The notes under the pieces: model-generated
Database searches by the model: none
The model's input: only the letters and a program-made list of their open reading frames with translations
Told to the model about the DNA's origin: nothing
Made by a program: the position numbers and the translations under genes
Shown here: positions 18,407-28,958 of the stretch, piece by piece
Layout of the letters: the number at the start of each line of letters is the position of its first letter
Numbering within the stretch: position 1 is the first letter of the stretch
Origin: Parafilimonas sp.
GTDB lineage: Bacteria > Bacteroidota > Bacteroidia > Chitinophagales > Chitinophagaceae
Length of the DNA: 42,757 nt
Assembly (NCBI GenBank): GCA_040002335.1
Contig: JBDUEO010000001.1
Span: 1-42,757 of the forward strand
Reading direction: 5' to 3'

Positions 18407-20227
18407 TTAATTATAACCTGGATTTTGTTTAAGATATATTACGCCGGTAGCATTTTCCGCATCAATCTGCACTTGTGGAATAGCAAAATATTCGTTCACA
18501 CCTTTTGTAAATTTTGCAGTGTTTACAACATAGTAAAAAGAATATCTTGTTTTTTCAACATTTACATAAGCATTTAATATATCGGCCATAGAACCTGTAC
18601 CATTATCCCATCTTTGTAAATCAAAAAAGCGATGGCCTTCCATTGCCATTTCAAGCCTTCGTTCATATTGAACTGCATTGCGTGCATAGTCTTTTCCTTT
18701 GCTTGCAAACATACCTGCCGGATATGGCTTTATTAAATAATTAGCTGCAGGTTTTGTTTGTGGTGAATATTCACCTGTTGATGCATTATATGTTGCGTTG
18801 GCATACACCCAACCTGCAGGATTCGCTGCGCGGTTGCGTATCATATTTACATAATCTTCTGCTTTATCAAGACTGCCAACTTCTACTTCGCATTCCGCAG
18901 CCCAAAGCAATACATCAGCATAGCGAATAATATTATAATTGTTGGCAGTTATTTGTGTTGCACCCCAAAACACTGTTTCGTTAGAAGAATAAGTGCCAGC
19001 CTGGCTTTTAGCATATACATTCTTTTTTGGGCTGAATATTCCGTTGCTTGTTGGGTCGCGTATCCACGCAACATTATCCAAACCCCAGTCAAGATATGGA
19101 ATTCCCGGTCTGCCTGTTGTCCAATCTAAACGTGGATCTAACGTACCTGAATAGGCATTGCTTGTATCACTTACCAATGGCTTATTGTTATAACTGCCGT
19201 CTAATAATGGTAATCCGTTTGCATCTGTTTTATAAGCCTGCACCAAATTCCATGAAGGATTATTAAACCCGCAACAACCACCCGGTGCGCCGGCACCATT
19301 TGGAAAATTTAATACATCACCCATGTTCCCATTGCCGCCATCATTAGCAGAAGCAGAGCCATCGTTCACAGACATCTGACAGGCAAATACAGATTCAGGC
19401 CCATTCTTTTGTGCAGCATTAAAATTGCTTTCAAAATTCACTAATGCATATTTTTTCCCGCCTGCAGTTTCTCCATTTGCTATAATCTCATCTAACAAAG
19501 TTTTTGCTTCAGTGTATTTATGTTCAAACATATAAGCCTTAGCTAATAAACTCATTGCCGCCCATTTATTTGCGCGGCCAATCTGTGGTTGTGTTTCAGG
19601 AAGATTATCTGCGGCATATTGTAAATCGGATTCTATATCAGGCCATATATCCTGGTCGTTTGACACATTAAGGTTATCATTCAAAAAAGATACGGATTCA
19701 TCAACATAAGGAAACATGTTGAAAATTTTCTTTCCATCAAAATGATAATAACCTCTTAAAAATCTTGCCTCTGCTGCAATTCTTGAAGTATCGGCCGGTG
19801 AAATATCTGTTGCCAAACGCATATTGCGCAACACATCATTACAACGCTGAATGCCTGTATATAAAAGCGTCCATTTCTGATTTACATAAGCTGTTGTTGC
19901 TTGTGACACAGACCATGATTCAACAGAAGTCGCATCAGGCTGATCGCTTGGAATAGAACCTTTATAAGAATCATCGGCGCATATACTTCCATACACCCAG
20001 TTAGAACCTGCACTGCCATAAGCATTGCCGGCACCAGGAAGGTTTTCGCCGTCTAATATGGCGTAAGCGCCAATTAATAACTCACTAACGCCTGCATTGT
20101 TGGCAACATTTTGCGGAAGTAAATAACCTTGCGGTTGTTTATTAAGATCTTTGTTGCATGCGTAAATAACAAACATTAATATGAATGTTATAGCTGGTAT
20201 AACGTACTTTAAAGAAGTTCTTTGCAT
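18407..20227 (-). CDS. susD: SusD/RagB glycan-binding lipoprotein
   Basis: Lipobox IYAC; AEARFLRGYYHF, IRYADVLLWAAE, ERRLEMAMEGHRFFDLQRW, QNPGYN; directly after susC. Confidence 0.95.
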   Translation of the reverse strand: MQRTSLKYVIPAITFILMFVIYACNKDLNKQPQGYLLPQNVANNAGVSELLIGAYAILDGENLPGAGNAYGSAGSNWVYGSICADDSYKGSIPSDQPDATSVESWSVSQATTAYVNQKWTLLYTGIQRCNDVLRNMRLATDISPADTSRIAAEARFLRGYYHFDGKKIFNMFPYVDESVSFLNDNLNVSNDQDIWPDIESDLQYAADNLPETQPQIGRANKWAAMSLLAKAYMFEHKYTEAKTLLDEIIANGETAGGKKYALVNFESNFNAAQKNGPESVFACQMSVNDGSASANDGGNGNMGDVLNFPNGAGAPGGCCGFNNPSWNLVQAYKTDANGLPLLDGSYNNKPLVSDTSNAYSGTLDPRLDWTTGRPGIPYLDWGLDNVAWIRDPTSNGIFSPKKNVYAKSQAGTYSSNETVFWGATQITANNYNIIRYADVLLWAAECEVEVGSLDKAEDYVNMIRNRAANPAGWVYANATYNASTGEYSPQTKPAANYLIKPYPAGMFASKGKDYARNAVQYERRLEMAMEGHRFFDLQRWDNGTGSMADILNAYVNVEKTRYSFYYVVNTAKFTKGVNEYFAIPQVQIDAENATGVIYLKQNPGYN

Positions 20228-20250
20228 AAAAATATTTTTGCTGATTTTAA

Positions 20251-23200
20251 TTAATGAATGGCCACATTTATTCCTACATAATAAACTTTCTGGTTATTGG
20301 GATAATTTCCGCCATCAATACCAAACAATGTATTCGATCCGCCAATTTCCGGATCAAGGCCGCTGTATTTTGTTATCGTAAATAAGTTGATGGCTTGCAC
20401 ATAAATTCTTAACCTGTCAATATGATATTTTTCTAAAACTTTATTTGGAATAGTGTAACCAAGCGTAAGGCTTTTATTTTTTAAGAAAGATCCATTTTCC
20501 AACGGATAAGAATTAAAGGCAGTAGCATTACTAAAGTTTGCCGATCTTTCTAATATAGGCACATTGCCATTTTGATTGACTACATGTGCTTCCGGATCGT
20601 TGATATTTGTTGGCTGGCCTGCATCGTTTACCAATGTTGGCGAATGCAATGCAACTCTTGTGCTCATAGCATTACCAAATGCCTGTGGAAAATCGGTGGA
20701 CGCACGTACATTATTTAAAATATCATTTCCGAAAGATGAATAAAAGAATGTTGAAAAATCAAAACTTTTATATGCAATGGAAATGTTTAAACCTGCCGTA
20801 AAATCAGGATTTGGATTGCCGAAAAAAGTTCTGTCATCAGCATTAATCTGCCCGTCGCCATTTACATCTTTATACTTAAATCTTCCTGGTGCTGCTGCAT
20901 CTTGTGTTGGAGATTTTGCAACATCTTCCTGGTTCTGAAACAAACCGATTACCTGGTAACCAAAAAATGCACCTGCCGGTTCACCAGGCTGTAATCTTGA
21001 TATAGTTGTATTGCCACTATTAATATTTAAATATTTTTCACCGGGCGGCAGGCTTTGCACTTTATTGTTGTATGATGTGAACGTGCCGGTTATATCAAAA
21101 TGAAAATCTTTTGCAACAGTGCCATGATATGTGGCTGAAGCATCTATGCCTTTGTTTACAATGTTGCCGGCGTTAATATAAGGCAATGCAGCGCCGCCAC
21201 CGGTTCCAACTGCAAGCGGCAAAAATATCAACCCGCTTATTTTCTTTTCATACCATTCAACGGTTACATCAATTTTGCTTTTGAATAAGCTTGCATCAAA
21301 ACCAATATTTGTTATAATATCTTTTTCCCAGGATGTATTTGTGTTACCATATTGACTTGTATATAAACCTGCAGCCGATGATGTTCCGGTGCCATAAATA
21401 TCATAGTATGATTGATTGGCTGCCTGACCGAATAAAGTGTACGGATTGGTTGGCGTTATATTACTGATGGAACCCAGTTTACCCCAGCCGCCGCGAATTT
21501 TTAAATCGCTGATCCAGCTAACACCTTTCATAAATTCTTCCTGCGATATTCTCCAGCCGGCTGTAAAGGCCGGAAATGTTCCATATCTTTTTTCGCTCGC
21601 AAATACAGAAGAGCCATCTCTTCTTACCGTAGCGCTGAATAAATATTTATCATTAAAACTATAATCAACTCTTCCAAACAAAGAATATAATGTTTGCTCA
21701 TAAGGAGTTTGAATACCATTATTACTTGTAATGTTCGCGTTCGTTTGTCCGGCCGGTGAGCCAAAATTCAACGTCCATAAATTTGGATCAACCGTTAAGT
21801 TGCTTGAATCTGTAATATAATAACTGCCTCTTGTAGCACCGGCTGCGCGTCCATCATTATTTATATATTCACTGCCAATTAAAACAGTAAGGTTATGCTT
21901 ATCTGCAATTAACTGAGAGAAGCGTAAAGTATTCGTCCATGTAAGGCTGCTGTTCCATCCATAATTTTCAAGATAGCTGTTTGGATTTTGAGAATTTTCT
22001 GCATTTTCATAAGCCGTATATACAAATGCATTTCTGTAAAAATTATCTACTCTCCCACCAATACTTGTTCTTAATGTGAGATGCTTTAGCACATCAACTT
22101 CAGCAAACATATTTCCGTTTATCTGCCAGTCGTTATTCTTATTATTACTTTGACGGGAAAGCACAGCATACGGATTTTGCTGGTTACCCAATCCCTGCGA
22201 ACCTGTACCTGCAAAATTTCCCATTATATCAAATACCGGAATTATTTCAGGTACTGAATAAGACATTGTAATTGGGTTAGAACTATTTACACCAGGTAAG
22301 TTGAGATAACCAGGATTGTTTTTGAAAAACACATACGCATTTTCGCCTACACGTACGCGGTTGTTTAATAAACTGAACGTAGTATTAATTCTTGCTGAAT
22401 ACCTTTTTAATGAGGTGTTTTTTAAAGTGCCGTCCTGGTTTAAATAATTAAAAGAGAAGAAGTAAGTTGATTTATCGCTGCCGCCGCTTGCCGAAATATT
22501 ATGGCTCATAATAGTGGCGGGATTGAAGATGGTATGAAACCAGTCAGTGCCTGCTTTATTTGCTTTTGTAATTTGATTTTTATATAAAGCATACGTGGAA
22601 GGATCAGTATTTGGATCGCCTTCTTTACCACCGGGCGGTGTAATATAATCGGGCACAACAGGTGCAGCGCCGTTACCATATTGTTTATCGGCAGGCGTTA
22701 ATCCATCATTAATATATTCCTGCCATAAAGCACTGCCGGTTTCTGTTGGATTAGCAATGTCGTATCCTTTTTTTAAAGGTTGCTGTGTTCCAACAAATGC
22801 ATCATACGATAATTGCACTTTGCCTGATTTTCCACGTTTGGTGGTAACAATTATAACACCGTTGGAACCACGCACGCCATAAATAGAAGCAGCACCTGCA
22901 TCTTTCAAAACCTGTATAGATTCTATGTCATTAATATTTATATCATGCAAATTGCCGGGCGTTCCATCAACAATAACTAATGGATCAGAACTGCCCACAG
23001 AAGTAATGCCGCGAATACGGATTACGCTGCCTGCACCAGGCGCGCCGCTGTTGATAATTGTTACGCCAGCAGCTTGCCCTTGCAATGCAGATTCTGTACT
23101 GCCCGAAGGAACCTGCCTTGCATTTGCCATATTTACTACGGCAACAGAGCCTGTAATATCTTTTTTGCGCTGAGAGGAATAACCCGTAACCACAACATCG

Positions 23201-23529
23201 TTTAATGAAGCAGTATTTGATGAAAGTGCAATATCACCCATACTTGTTTTTCCTGTTGTTGAAACTTCAAGCTGATCATAACCAACAACAGAAATAATTA
23301 ATGCGCTGCTGTCTTGCGGCACTTGTATAGAGAAAGTTCCATCACTTGCAGTTTGCGTTGCTTTACTTGAATTTTTTACAACAATAGTTGCGCCCGCTAT
23401 CGGCTGTTTATCGCCATTATTAATTATGCGACCTGAAATAGTTTTTTGCGCATTTGCTGCAAACATGCAAAAGATAAACATGAATAAAGCGCATAATTTC
23501 TTTATAAAGTAATTAGATTTTGAAGGCAT
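20251..23529 (-). CDS. susC: SusC/RagA TonB-dependent transporter
   Basis: DVVVTGY, IRIRG, DIESIQVLKDAGAASIYGVRGSNGVIIVTTKRG, RRDGSS, TKYSGLDPE. Confidence 0.97.
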   Translation of the reverse strand: MPSKSNYFIKKLCALFMFIFCMFAANAQKTISGRIINNGDKQPIAGATIVVKNSSKATQTASDGTFSIQVPQDSSALIISVVGYDQLEVSTTGKTSMGDIALSSNTASLNDVVVTGYSSQRKKDITGSVAVVNMANARQVPSGSTESALQGQAAGVTIINSGAPGAGSVIRIRGITSVGSSDPLVIVDGTPGNLHDININDIESIQVLKDAGAASIYGVRGSNGVIIVTTKRGKSGKVQLSYDAFVGTQQPLKKGYDIANPTETGSALWQEYINDGLTPADKQYGNGAAPVVPDYITPPGGKEGDPNTDPSTYALYKNQITKANKAGTDWFHTIFNPATIMSHNISASGGSDKSTYFFSFNYLNQDGTLKNTSLKRYSARINTTFSLLNNRVRVGENAYVFFKNNPGYLNLPGVNSSNPITMSYSVPEIIPVFDIMGNFAGTGSQGLGNQQNPYAVLSRQSNNKNNDWQINGNMFAEVDVLKHLTLRTSIGGRVDNFYRNAFVYTAYENAENSQNPNSYLENYGWNSSLTWTNTLRFSQLIADKHNLTVLIGSEYINNDGRAAGATRGSYYITDSSNLTVDPNLWTLNFGSPAGQTNANITSNNGIQTPYEQTLYSLFGRVDYSFNDKYLFSATVRRDGSSVFASEKRYGTFPAFTAGWRISQEEFMKGVSWISDLKIRGGWGKLGSISNITPTNPYTLFGQAANQSYYDIYGTGTSSAAGLYTSQYGNTNTSWEKDIITNIGFDASLFKSKIDVTVEWYEKKISGLIFLPLAVGTGGGAALPYINAGNIVNKGIDASATYHGTVAKDFHFDITGTFTSYNNKVQSLPPGEKYLNINSGNTTISRLQPGEPAGAFFGYQVIGLFQNQEDVAKSPTQDAAAPGRFKYKDVNGDGQINADDRTFFGNPNPDFTAGLNISIAYKSFDFSTFFYSSFGNDILNNVRASTDFPQAFGNAMSTRVALHSPTLVNDAGQPTNINDPEAHVVNQNGNVPILERSANFSNATAFNSYPLENGSFLKNKSLTLGYTIPNKVLEKYHIDRLRIYVQAINLFTITKYSGLDPEIGGSNTLFGIDGGNYPNNQKVYYVGINVAIH

Positions 23530-23610
23530 AAGCAATGTGTTTTTAATTTTTAGATATTATGTTTCGAGGAGTACTTTTTTATTTAAACAAAGACAATTTT
23601 TTTATTGATT

Positions 23611-25152
23611 TTAATGCGAGTTGCTAACAAAAGAAATGCTCTTACTATCCGGCGACCACGAGTTTACATTGATGGTTCCCTGTCCGCCATATAAATAAGC
23701 AATCACTTTTGGTGCTCCGCCATTTGCCGGCATTAAGCGAAGCATAACTCTTTCATAAGATGGATGAGAAATCGGATCAATATCTATCGGGAAAGAAATA
23801 AAAACGATCCATTTACCATCAGGAGAAATATGCGGAAACCAATTGTGATATTGATCGAATGTTAGCTGTTCTTTTTCTGATCCATCAGTTTTCATTCTCC
23901 ATATTTGCATCGTGCCTGTTGGGTTTGCATTATAATAAATGTATTTGCCATCAGCAGAATATTCTGGTCCATCAACATGACCTTTTGTATTATGCGTTAA
24001 AGCAATTTCTTTTCCACCATCTATTGATTGTTTGTAAATGTTGTAAATTTTTGAACTGTCTCTTTGCGCAACAAAAGCCACTTCTTTATTATTAGGATTC
24101 CAGCCATGTAAGTAAGAAGGCGTTTGTTCTGTAAGCAGCTTTGGTTCGCCGCCACCAACCGGCATAATATATACTGATGAACCGCCGCCATATAAACCTG
24201 CCCGGCTATTGCTGATAGCGATCATTTTTTTATCGAAAGAAATCTGGTGATCATTATTTATTTTATTTGCTGCGCCTGTATTTAATTTTTCCGGCTCACC
24301 TCCATTAATAGAAAGCGTGTACAACGATCCATTCATATTAAATAAAAGATGCTGACCGTCGGGCAAATAATTCGGCGCTTCAAAACGTCCCGGCGCTTCA
24401 TAGATCACTTTTCTTTTTCCATCAAACACATTCATAATTTCCATTCTTGAACCCAACACATTTTTCAATGCAGGAATTATTGCATGCGGGTTTGAAGTAA
24501 ATGGATGATCAACTGGTTTATCAATTCTCACGTTCCAAACTTTTGCTTCCGCTATTTGATCAGAATCATGTGAGCATATATAAATGCCAACCAGCATTGA
24601 ATCATTTATTGCAGGCATTTCAGCAGTGCCAACAATTTGCAACGGCTCGCCCGGATGTGCAACAGACATCGTTATCATTTTGCCTTTGCGTTCAAGACGT
24701 ATAGTTTGTCCGCCTTGTTTAGGATAAAAAATTTCTTCTTCCGGATCGCGCATAAACATGCCTGTGTACGGGCGCCATTGCAATACCGTTAAACCATCAA
24801 TATGCTTACAAGCATTCATGCTGGCTGCGCCTTCATCAGTTGACTCGCGAACCATCCAGCCAATTTTTCTGTGCCCGATTGAATTTGAAGTATCACCGGC
24901 AAAAGAAAAATCGGCCGTAACAATAAAATCACCTGCAATTTTTTTATATACAAACTGAAACTCATCGCGGTTAAACCAAATGTTTGAACCGGCACCTTTA
25001 ATATCGTATTCCTGCGTTGCCTGATCATACGACGCTGAACCGGCAAGCTTTGGATGACCAATATCAATATGATTGTCAAAAACACCAACAGGATTTTGCG
25101 CGAAAGAAATAGTACTTAAAAAAGAAAATAAGGTAAACAAGCAAACTTTCAT
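23611..25152 (-). CDS. Exported TolB-like protein: N-terminal beta-sandwich + PD40 beta-propeller (paralogue 1)
   Basis: Signal peptide; NNDHQISFD, DGPEYSADGKYIYYN, WFPHISPDGKWIVFIS, GGQGTINVNSWSPD. Confidence 0.85.
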   Translation of the reverse strand: MKVCLFTLFSFLSTISFAQNPVGVFDNHIDIGHPKLAGSASYDQATQEYDIKGAGSNIWFNRDEFQFVYKKIAGDFIVTADFSFAGDTSNSIGHRKIGWMVRESTDEGAASMNACKHIDGLTVLQWRPYTGMFMRDPEEEIFYPKQGGQTIRLERKGKMITMSVAHPGEPLQIVGTAEMPAINDSMLVGIYICSHDSDQIAEAKVWNVRIDKPVDHPFTSNPHAIIPALKNVLGSRMEIMNVFDGKRKVIYEAPGRFEAPNYLPDGQHLLFNMNGSLYTLSINGGEPEKLNTGAANKINNDHQISFDKKMIAISNSRAGLYGGGSSVYIMPVGGGEPKLLTEQTPSYLHGWNPNNKEVAFVAQRDSSKIYNIYKQSIDGGKEIALTHNTKGHVDGPEYSADGKYIYYNANPTGTMQIWRMKTDGSEKEQLTFDQYHNWFPHISPDGKWIVFISFPIDIDPISHPSYERVMLRLMPANGGAPKVIAYLYGGQGTINVNSWSPDSKSISFVSNSH

Positions 25153-25195
25153 ATGGATTAAATTTTAGTTGAAGCAATCAGAATTATTGCTGCAA

Positions 25196-25307
25196 CAAAT
25201 CTATGTATGAAGTATGCCGATAACCGCGTTTTACACTACATCAATGCTACATCAGCTACTAAAATCAAGAGAGAAAACAATTAAAGATGCGCATCAATGC
25301 TACATCA
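25196..25307 (-). promoter_or_regulatory. Promoter with paired CTACATCA direct repeats
   Basis: -7 TAGATTTG on minus strand (25203-25196); CTACATCA-atg-CTACATCA at 25236-25254 and gcgCATCA-atg-CTACATCA at 25289-25307. Confidence 0.7.
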
Positions 25308-25310
25308 ATA

Positions 25311-28115
25311 TCATTTTGCAGAATTTATGTTTGATGGAAGTGAAATAGTTTGTTCTTTAAGGTTCCATCCTTCCACTTTTAATTTGGTAATTGTTTGATT
25401 TATTTTATCAGTAGCGCAGCTTACAGTGATCGTTTTATTTTTTCCTGCATTAATAGAAAAATAGTTATCAGACCAGAATGAAGGCAATACTTCTTCATCG
25501 CCATTCATTAATTGCGGATTGATGAAGAAAGCAATTTGTTTGGAGGGATTAGATAATTCCAGAGTTAATTGATATTGATTTTTTATGATTTGAGGTTGTA
25601 TAATTTTTACATTTAATATTGCCGGTTGCATTTGTTTTAAAGAAGTAAAATCGTGGTTCGGCGACATCCAATAAAAATTTTCTGAAACAGGTTTTTTATT
25701 TTTATCTTTTAATTGCAGGCTGATGAAGGAAACACCATTTATATTTTTTAATACATCTGCCAATTGAAGTATCTCATTTTCGCTTGTTGCATCAGCATTG
25801 ATAGTTCCATCTTTTTTATATAAACATTTTCCATTAATATTAAATACTTCAGCAACATAATTTAAAGATGATTGCGCATGATACGTTCGATTAATTACAG
25901 CCACTGCAGAATCATCTAAATTAAATTGAATGTGTAACGGCTCAACTGCACGCTTCATAAAATAATATCCTGCATTTGGTTCTAAATACCAATCATAAAT
26001 TTGCCAGATAACACTTGGGAAAGCAGCATTTAATTTCCATAACATTACTCCGCCTGTTTCATTTAATTTATGTCCGGCTGCTTCAAAAATGCTGCGATAA
26101 CCATTGGCATTTATCAATTGCATTTTATTTGAAAAATCTTTTATACTTGTTGGTTCTCCATAATATTTTTTCATCGCATTGTAATACGTTTCATAATGCC
26201 CGTTACCGGCACATGCATCATGATAACCCCAGGTATTATTTAAAGGATACGGCAAGCTGCTATCTGGCACTAAATCTGGAATTATTTTTTTCAACGTGTT
26301 ATATGGCGGTTGCGATGGAATGCCTGTTTCATCTTTAAAAACCCAGTCTTTACCGCCATCAACTAATTTATAATATTGTGCATCTTCCTGCCATGAATAT
26401 GGGCCGCCGCTATACACGCCGGCAGGTTTATCATCGGGCCAGGAACCTTTCCAGCCTGCGGCTTGTTTTGCAAAACCAGACGATGACGGAATGAAAGGGC
26501 GCGTTACATCTAATGTTGAAACATTATCACGCATCGCATCATACAATTCTTTACGCGCATGACCTTCATTGCCGCCAGTCCAAACCAACAAGCTCGCATG
26601 GTTGCGTATGCGATAAATGGTGCTGATGATATTTCTTATAAAAACATTTCCCTGCAACGGCCAATCTGGTGAACCTTTAAACTCACCTTGCGTATCGCCG
26701 GTAACCCAGAAGTCTTGCCACACCAGCATTCCATAACAATCGGCTGCTTCATAAAATTCATCTGTTTCTCCAAGACCGCCGCCCCAAATGCGCACAAGAT
26801 TTACATTCGCATTGCGGCATAAATGCAACTCTTCATCATACCGCAAAGAATCACGATTCAACATCATATCAGGTACCCATGCGCCGCCATTCAAATGCAC
26901 ACGTTTTCCATTCACATAAAAATCTCTGCGCGTCCATCCATTCACATCAACCGCATTTGAACTTACAGTGCGAATGCCAAATGAAAAAGATGTATCATCT
27001 GATATTTGATTATTGTTTGTGTATTGAATATGCAGGCGATACAAATTTGCATCACCATAATTATTCGGCCACCATAAATGCGGATTTTTAATGAGTAATT
27101 CTTTTACATCATCTGATGTGAATTGAATGCTTTTATTTTCGTTTGCATTAATAGAAATTGCTTTTGTAAAACTGATTGAACTGCCACTAAAATTTTCAGG
27201 AATAATAGAAATTTTTAATGCACCATTTTGATGCTGATCACCATGATTGATTAAAGATAATTGCAATGATAATTTTGCAACACTTGTATCCGGCAACGAA
27301 GGAAATTCTGTTTTTATAAAAGGCTGACTGATGACAACATTTCCTGTTGTTCTTAAATAAACCGGCAACCAAATTCCCATGTTACGATCACGCACTGCAG
27401 GAATCCAATCCCAACCAACAGAACTTAACATCGTTACATTTTTTCCAATGTCGCCGGTTGGTCCGCCGTTCGCATAAAAATCTCCCAATGCATCTAACTG
27501 CGGATGCGAAGGCAAACCCGGATAATCCAACGGATAAATTTTTACGGCAAGAATATTTTCATCGCCGGGTTTTATTGCATCACTTGCATTCAAACTATAT
27601 TCTGCAAACATGCCCACCATTTGCGATGAATCGGCAATCTGTTTTCCATTCAGCCAAACATCTGCGCGGTAATTAATACCTTTAAATATCAACTGAAAAT
27701 ATTTTCCTTTATCTGTTGCCGGAACATTAAAACTTGTACGATACCAATATGGTTTTTTCCATGGATTTGGTTCATTCGGCAAGAAACTATACTGCGCTAA
27801 ATTATATTGATGATTGAATGAATCGGATGCATCGGGAATCAACATATTATTCATGCCGATGTATGGATCAGCATATACTTTATTTTGAACAAGACCCGAT
27901 AACACCGTGCATGGAACGGTAACAGGAAACCAATAATTTTTTGATTGATAATCTGATGCTGAAATAGTTTGCCCATCATCCTTTATAACGGCAGAAGATT
28001 GCAGATTAAACTTTGTAAGTTTTATTTGCTTAACATTATTTGCTTGTGCAAAAAGCAGGTTACCAAAAGAAAATAATATCGCAGATAAAAATAAACTGCT
28101 GAAAATTTTTTTCAT
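25311..28115 (-). CDS. Glycoside hydrolase family 2 (beta-mannosidase / endo-beta-mannosidase-like)
   Basis: FKGINYRADVWLNG, GWDWIPAVRDRNMGIW, FGIRTV, VRIWGGG, RNHASLLVWTGGNE (acid/base), ETGIPS (probable nucleophile); signal peptide. Confidence 0.92.
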   Translation of the reverse strand: MKKIFSSLFLSAILFSFGNLLFAQANNVKQIKLTKFNLQSSAVIKDDGQTISASDYQSKNYWFPVTVPCTVLSGLVQNKVYADPYIGMNNMLIPDASDSFNHQYNLAQYSFLPNEPNPWKKPYWYRTSFNVPATDKGKYFQLIFKGINYRADVWLNGKQIADSSQMVGMFAEYSLNASDAIKPGDENILAVKIYPLDYPGLPSHPQLDALGDFYANGGPTGDIGKNVTMLSSVGWDWIPAVRDRNMGIWLPVYLRTTGNVVISQPFIKTEFPSLPDTSVAKLSLQLSLINHGDQHQNGALKISIIPENFSGSSISFTKAISINANENKSIQFTSDDVKELLIKNPHLWWPNNYGDANLYRLHIQYTNNNQISDDTSFSFGIRTVSSNAVDVNGWTRRDFYVNGKRVHLNGGAWVPDMMLNRDSLRYDEELHLCRNANVNLVRIWGGGLGETDEFYEAADCYGMLVWQDFWVTGDTQGEFKGSPDWPLQGNVFIRNIISTIYRIRNHASLLVWTGGNEGHARKELYDAMRDNVSTLDVTRPFIPSSSGFAKQAAGWKGSWPDDKPAGVYSGGPYSWQEDAQYYKLVDGGKDWVFKDETGIPSQPPYNTLKKIIPDLVPDSSLPYPLNNTWGYHDACAGNGHYETYYNAMKKYYGEPTSIKDFSNKMQLINANGYRSIFEAAGHKLNETGGVMLWKLNAAFPSVIWQIYDWYLEPNAGYYFMKRAVEPLHIQFNLDDSAVAVINRTYHAQSSLNYVAEVFNINGKCLYKKDGTINADATSENEILQLADVLKNINGVSFISLQLKDKNKKPVSENFYWMSPNHDFTSLKQMQPAILNVKIIQPQIIKNQYQLTLELSNPSKQIAFFINPQLMNGDEEVLPSFWSDNYFSINAGKNKTITVSCATDKINQTITKLKVEGWNLKEQTISLPSNINSAK

Positions 28116-28151
28116 AAAAAATTATATATAAAACTGATTTGTAAAAAATAA

Positions 28152-28832
28152 TTATTGTTCACGCTTACTTTTTTCAAGTATACGAATTCCATTTGTTTTC
28201 GCAAGAATTGCTTTGCTTGCCAGGTTATAAAATAAAGAGGTTTCTAAAACGCCGGTAATATTTTTCAGCAGGAAATTTAAGATAGACAATTCAGGAAAAG
28301 CAGCAAACCAAATATCAATAAGTTGATTTGAATATTTTGTAATTACAGGCGTATTGTTTTTATAACGTATCTCCGTTTTTGCATCAGGAAACAATTCTCT
28401 TATTTTATGCTGAACAAACGTTGCAGCCGCAGGAATTACTTCAATCACCAACGGAAATCTTGTTTCAAGTTCTTCAACATATTTTGTCTCATCACCCACC
28501 AAAATAAATTGCCTTGCCATTGATGCAAGCAATTTTTCTGTTGTATGAATTCCGGAACCGCTTTTTAATGCATGTAAATTTTTATCGAATTGATCGCAGC
28601 CATCAAAGTAAATATCAAGTGAATGAATTTCAGAAAAATCATTCACTGAAAAACCTGACTGTTCTAAAATTTTTTTTGTTGAATCAGATGAAGTATATAG
28701 CAGCAGATCTAAATTTTCTTCTTTTAAAAATTCAACCATATATGCAATAGTTGATCCATCGCCAAGCCCGACTGCTGTATTGCTTTTAATGAATTTTACT
28801 GCTTCCTCAGCAGCAATCTTTTTTAAATTCAT
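28152..28832 (-). CDS. rpiA: Ribose-5-phosphate isomerase A (divergent motifs)
   Basis: KKIAAEEA, VGLGDGST, DGCDQ, KSGSGIHTTEK, ITGVLETSLF. Confidence 0.85.
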   Translation of the reverse strand: MNLKKIAAEEAVKFIKSNTAVGLGDGSTIAYMVEFLKEENLDLLLYTSSDSTKKILEQSGFSVNDFSEIHSLDIYFDGCDQFDKNLHALKSGSGIHTTEKLLASMARQFILVGDETKYVEELETRFPLVIEVIPAAATFVQHKIRELFPDAKTEIRYKNNTPVITKYSNQLIDIWFAAFPELSILNFLLKNITGVLETSLFYNLASKAILAKTNGIRILEKSKREQ

Positions 28833-28874
28833 TTATAATTTTTAACACATAAGTTTAGTATAGATTATTTGCGC

Positions 28875-28912
28875 CTTAGTGGTTCAAAACAAATAACCAC
28901 AAAACCACTAAG
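28875..28912. repeat. Intergenic inverted repeat, REP-like
   Basis: CTTAGTGGTT-N18-AACCACTAAG within ACCAC/ACACAAAG-like iterations. Confidence 0.5.
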
Positions 28913-28958
28913 ACTCAAAGGAAACACAAAGAAAATTTATGCAAGTTTATAAAAATAA

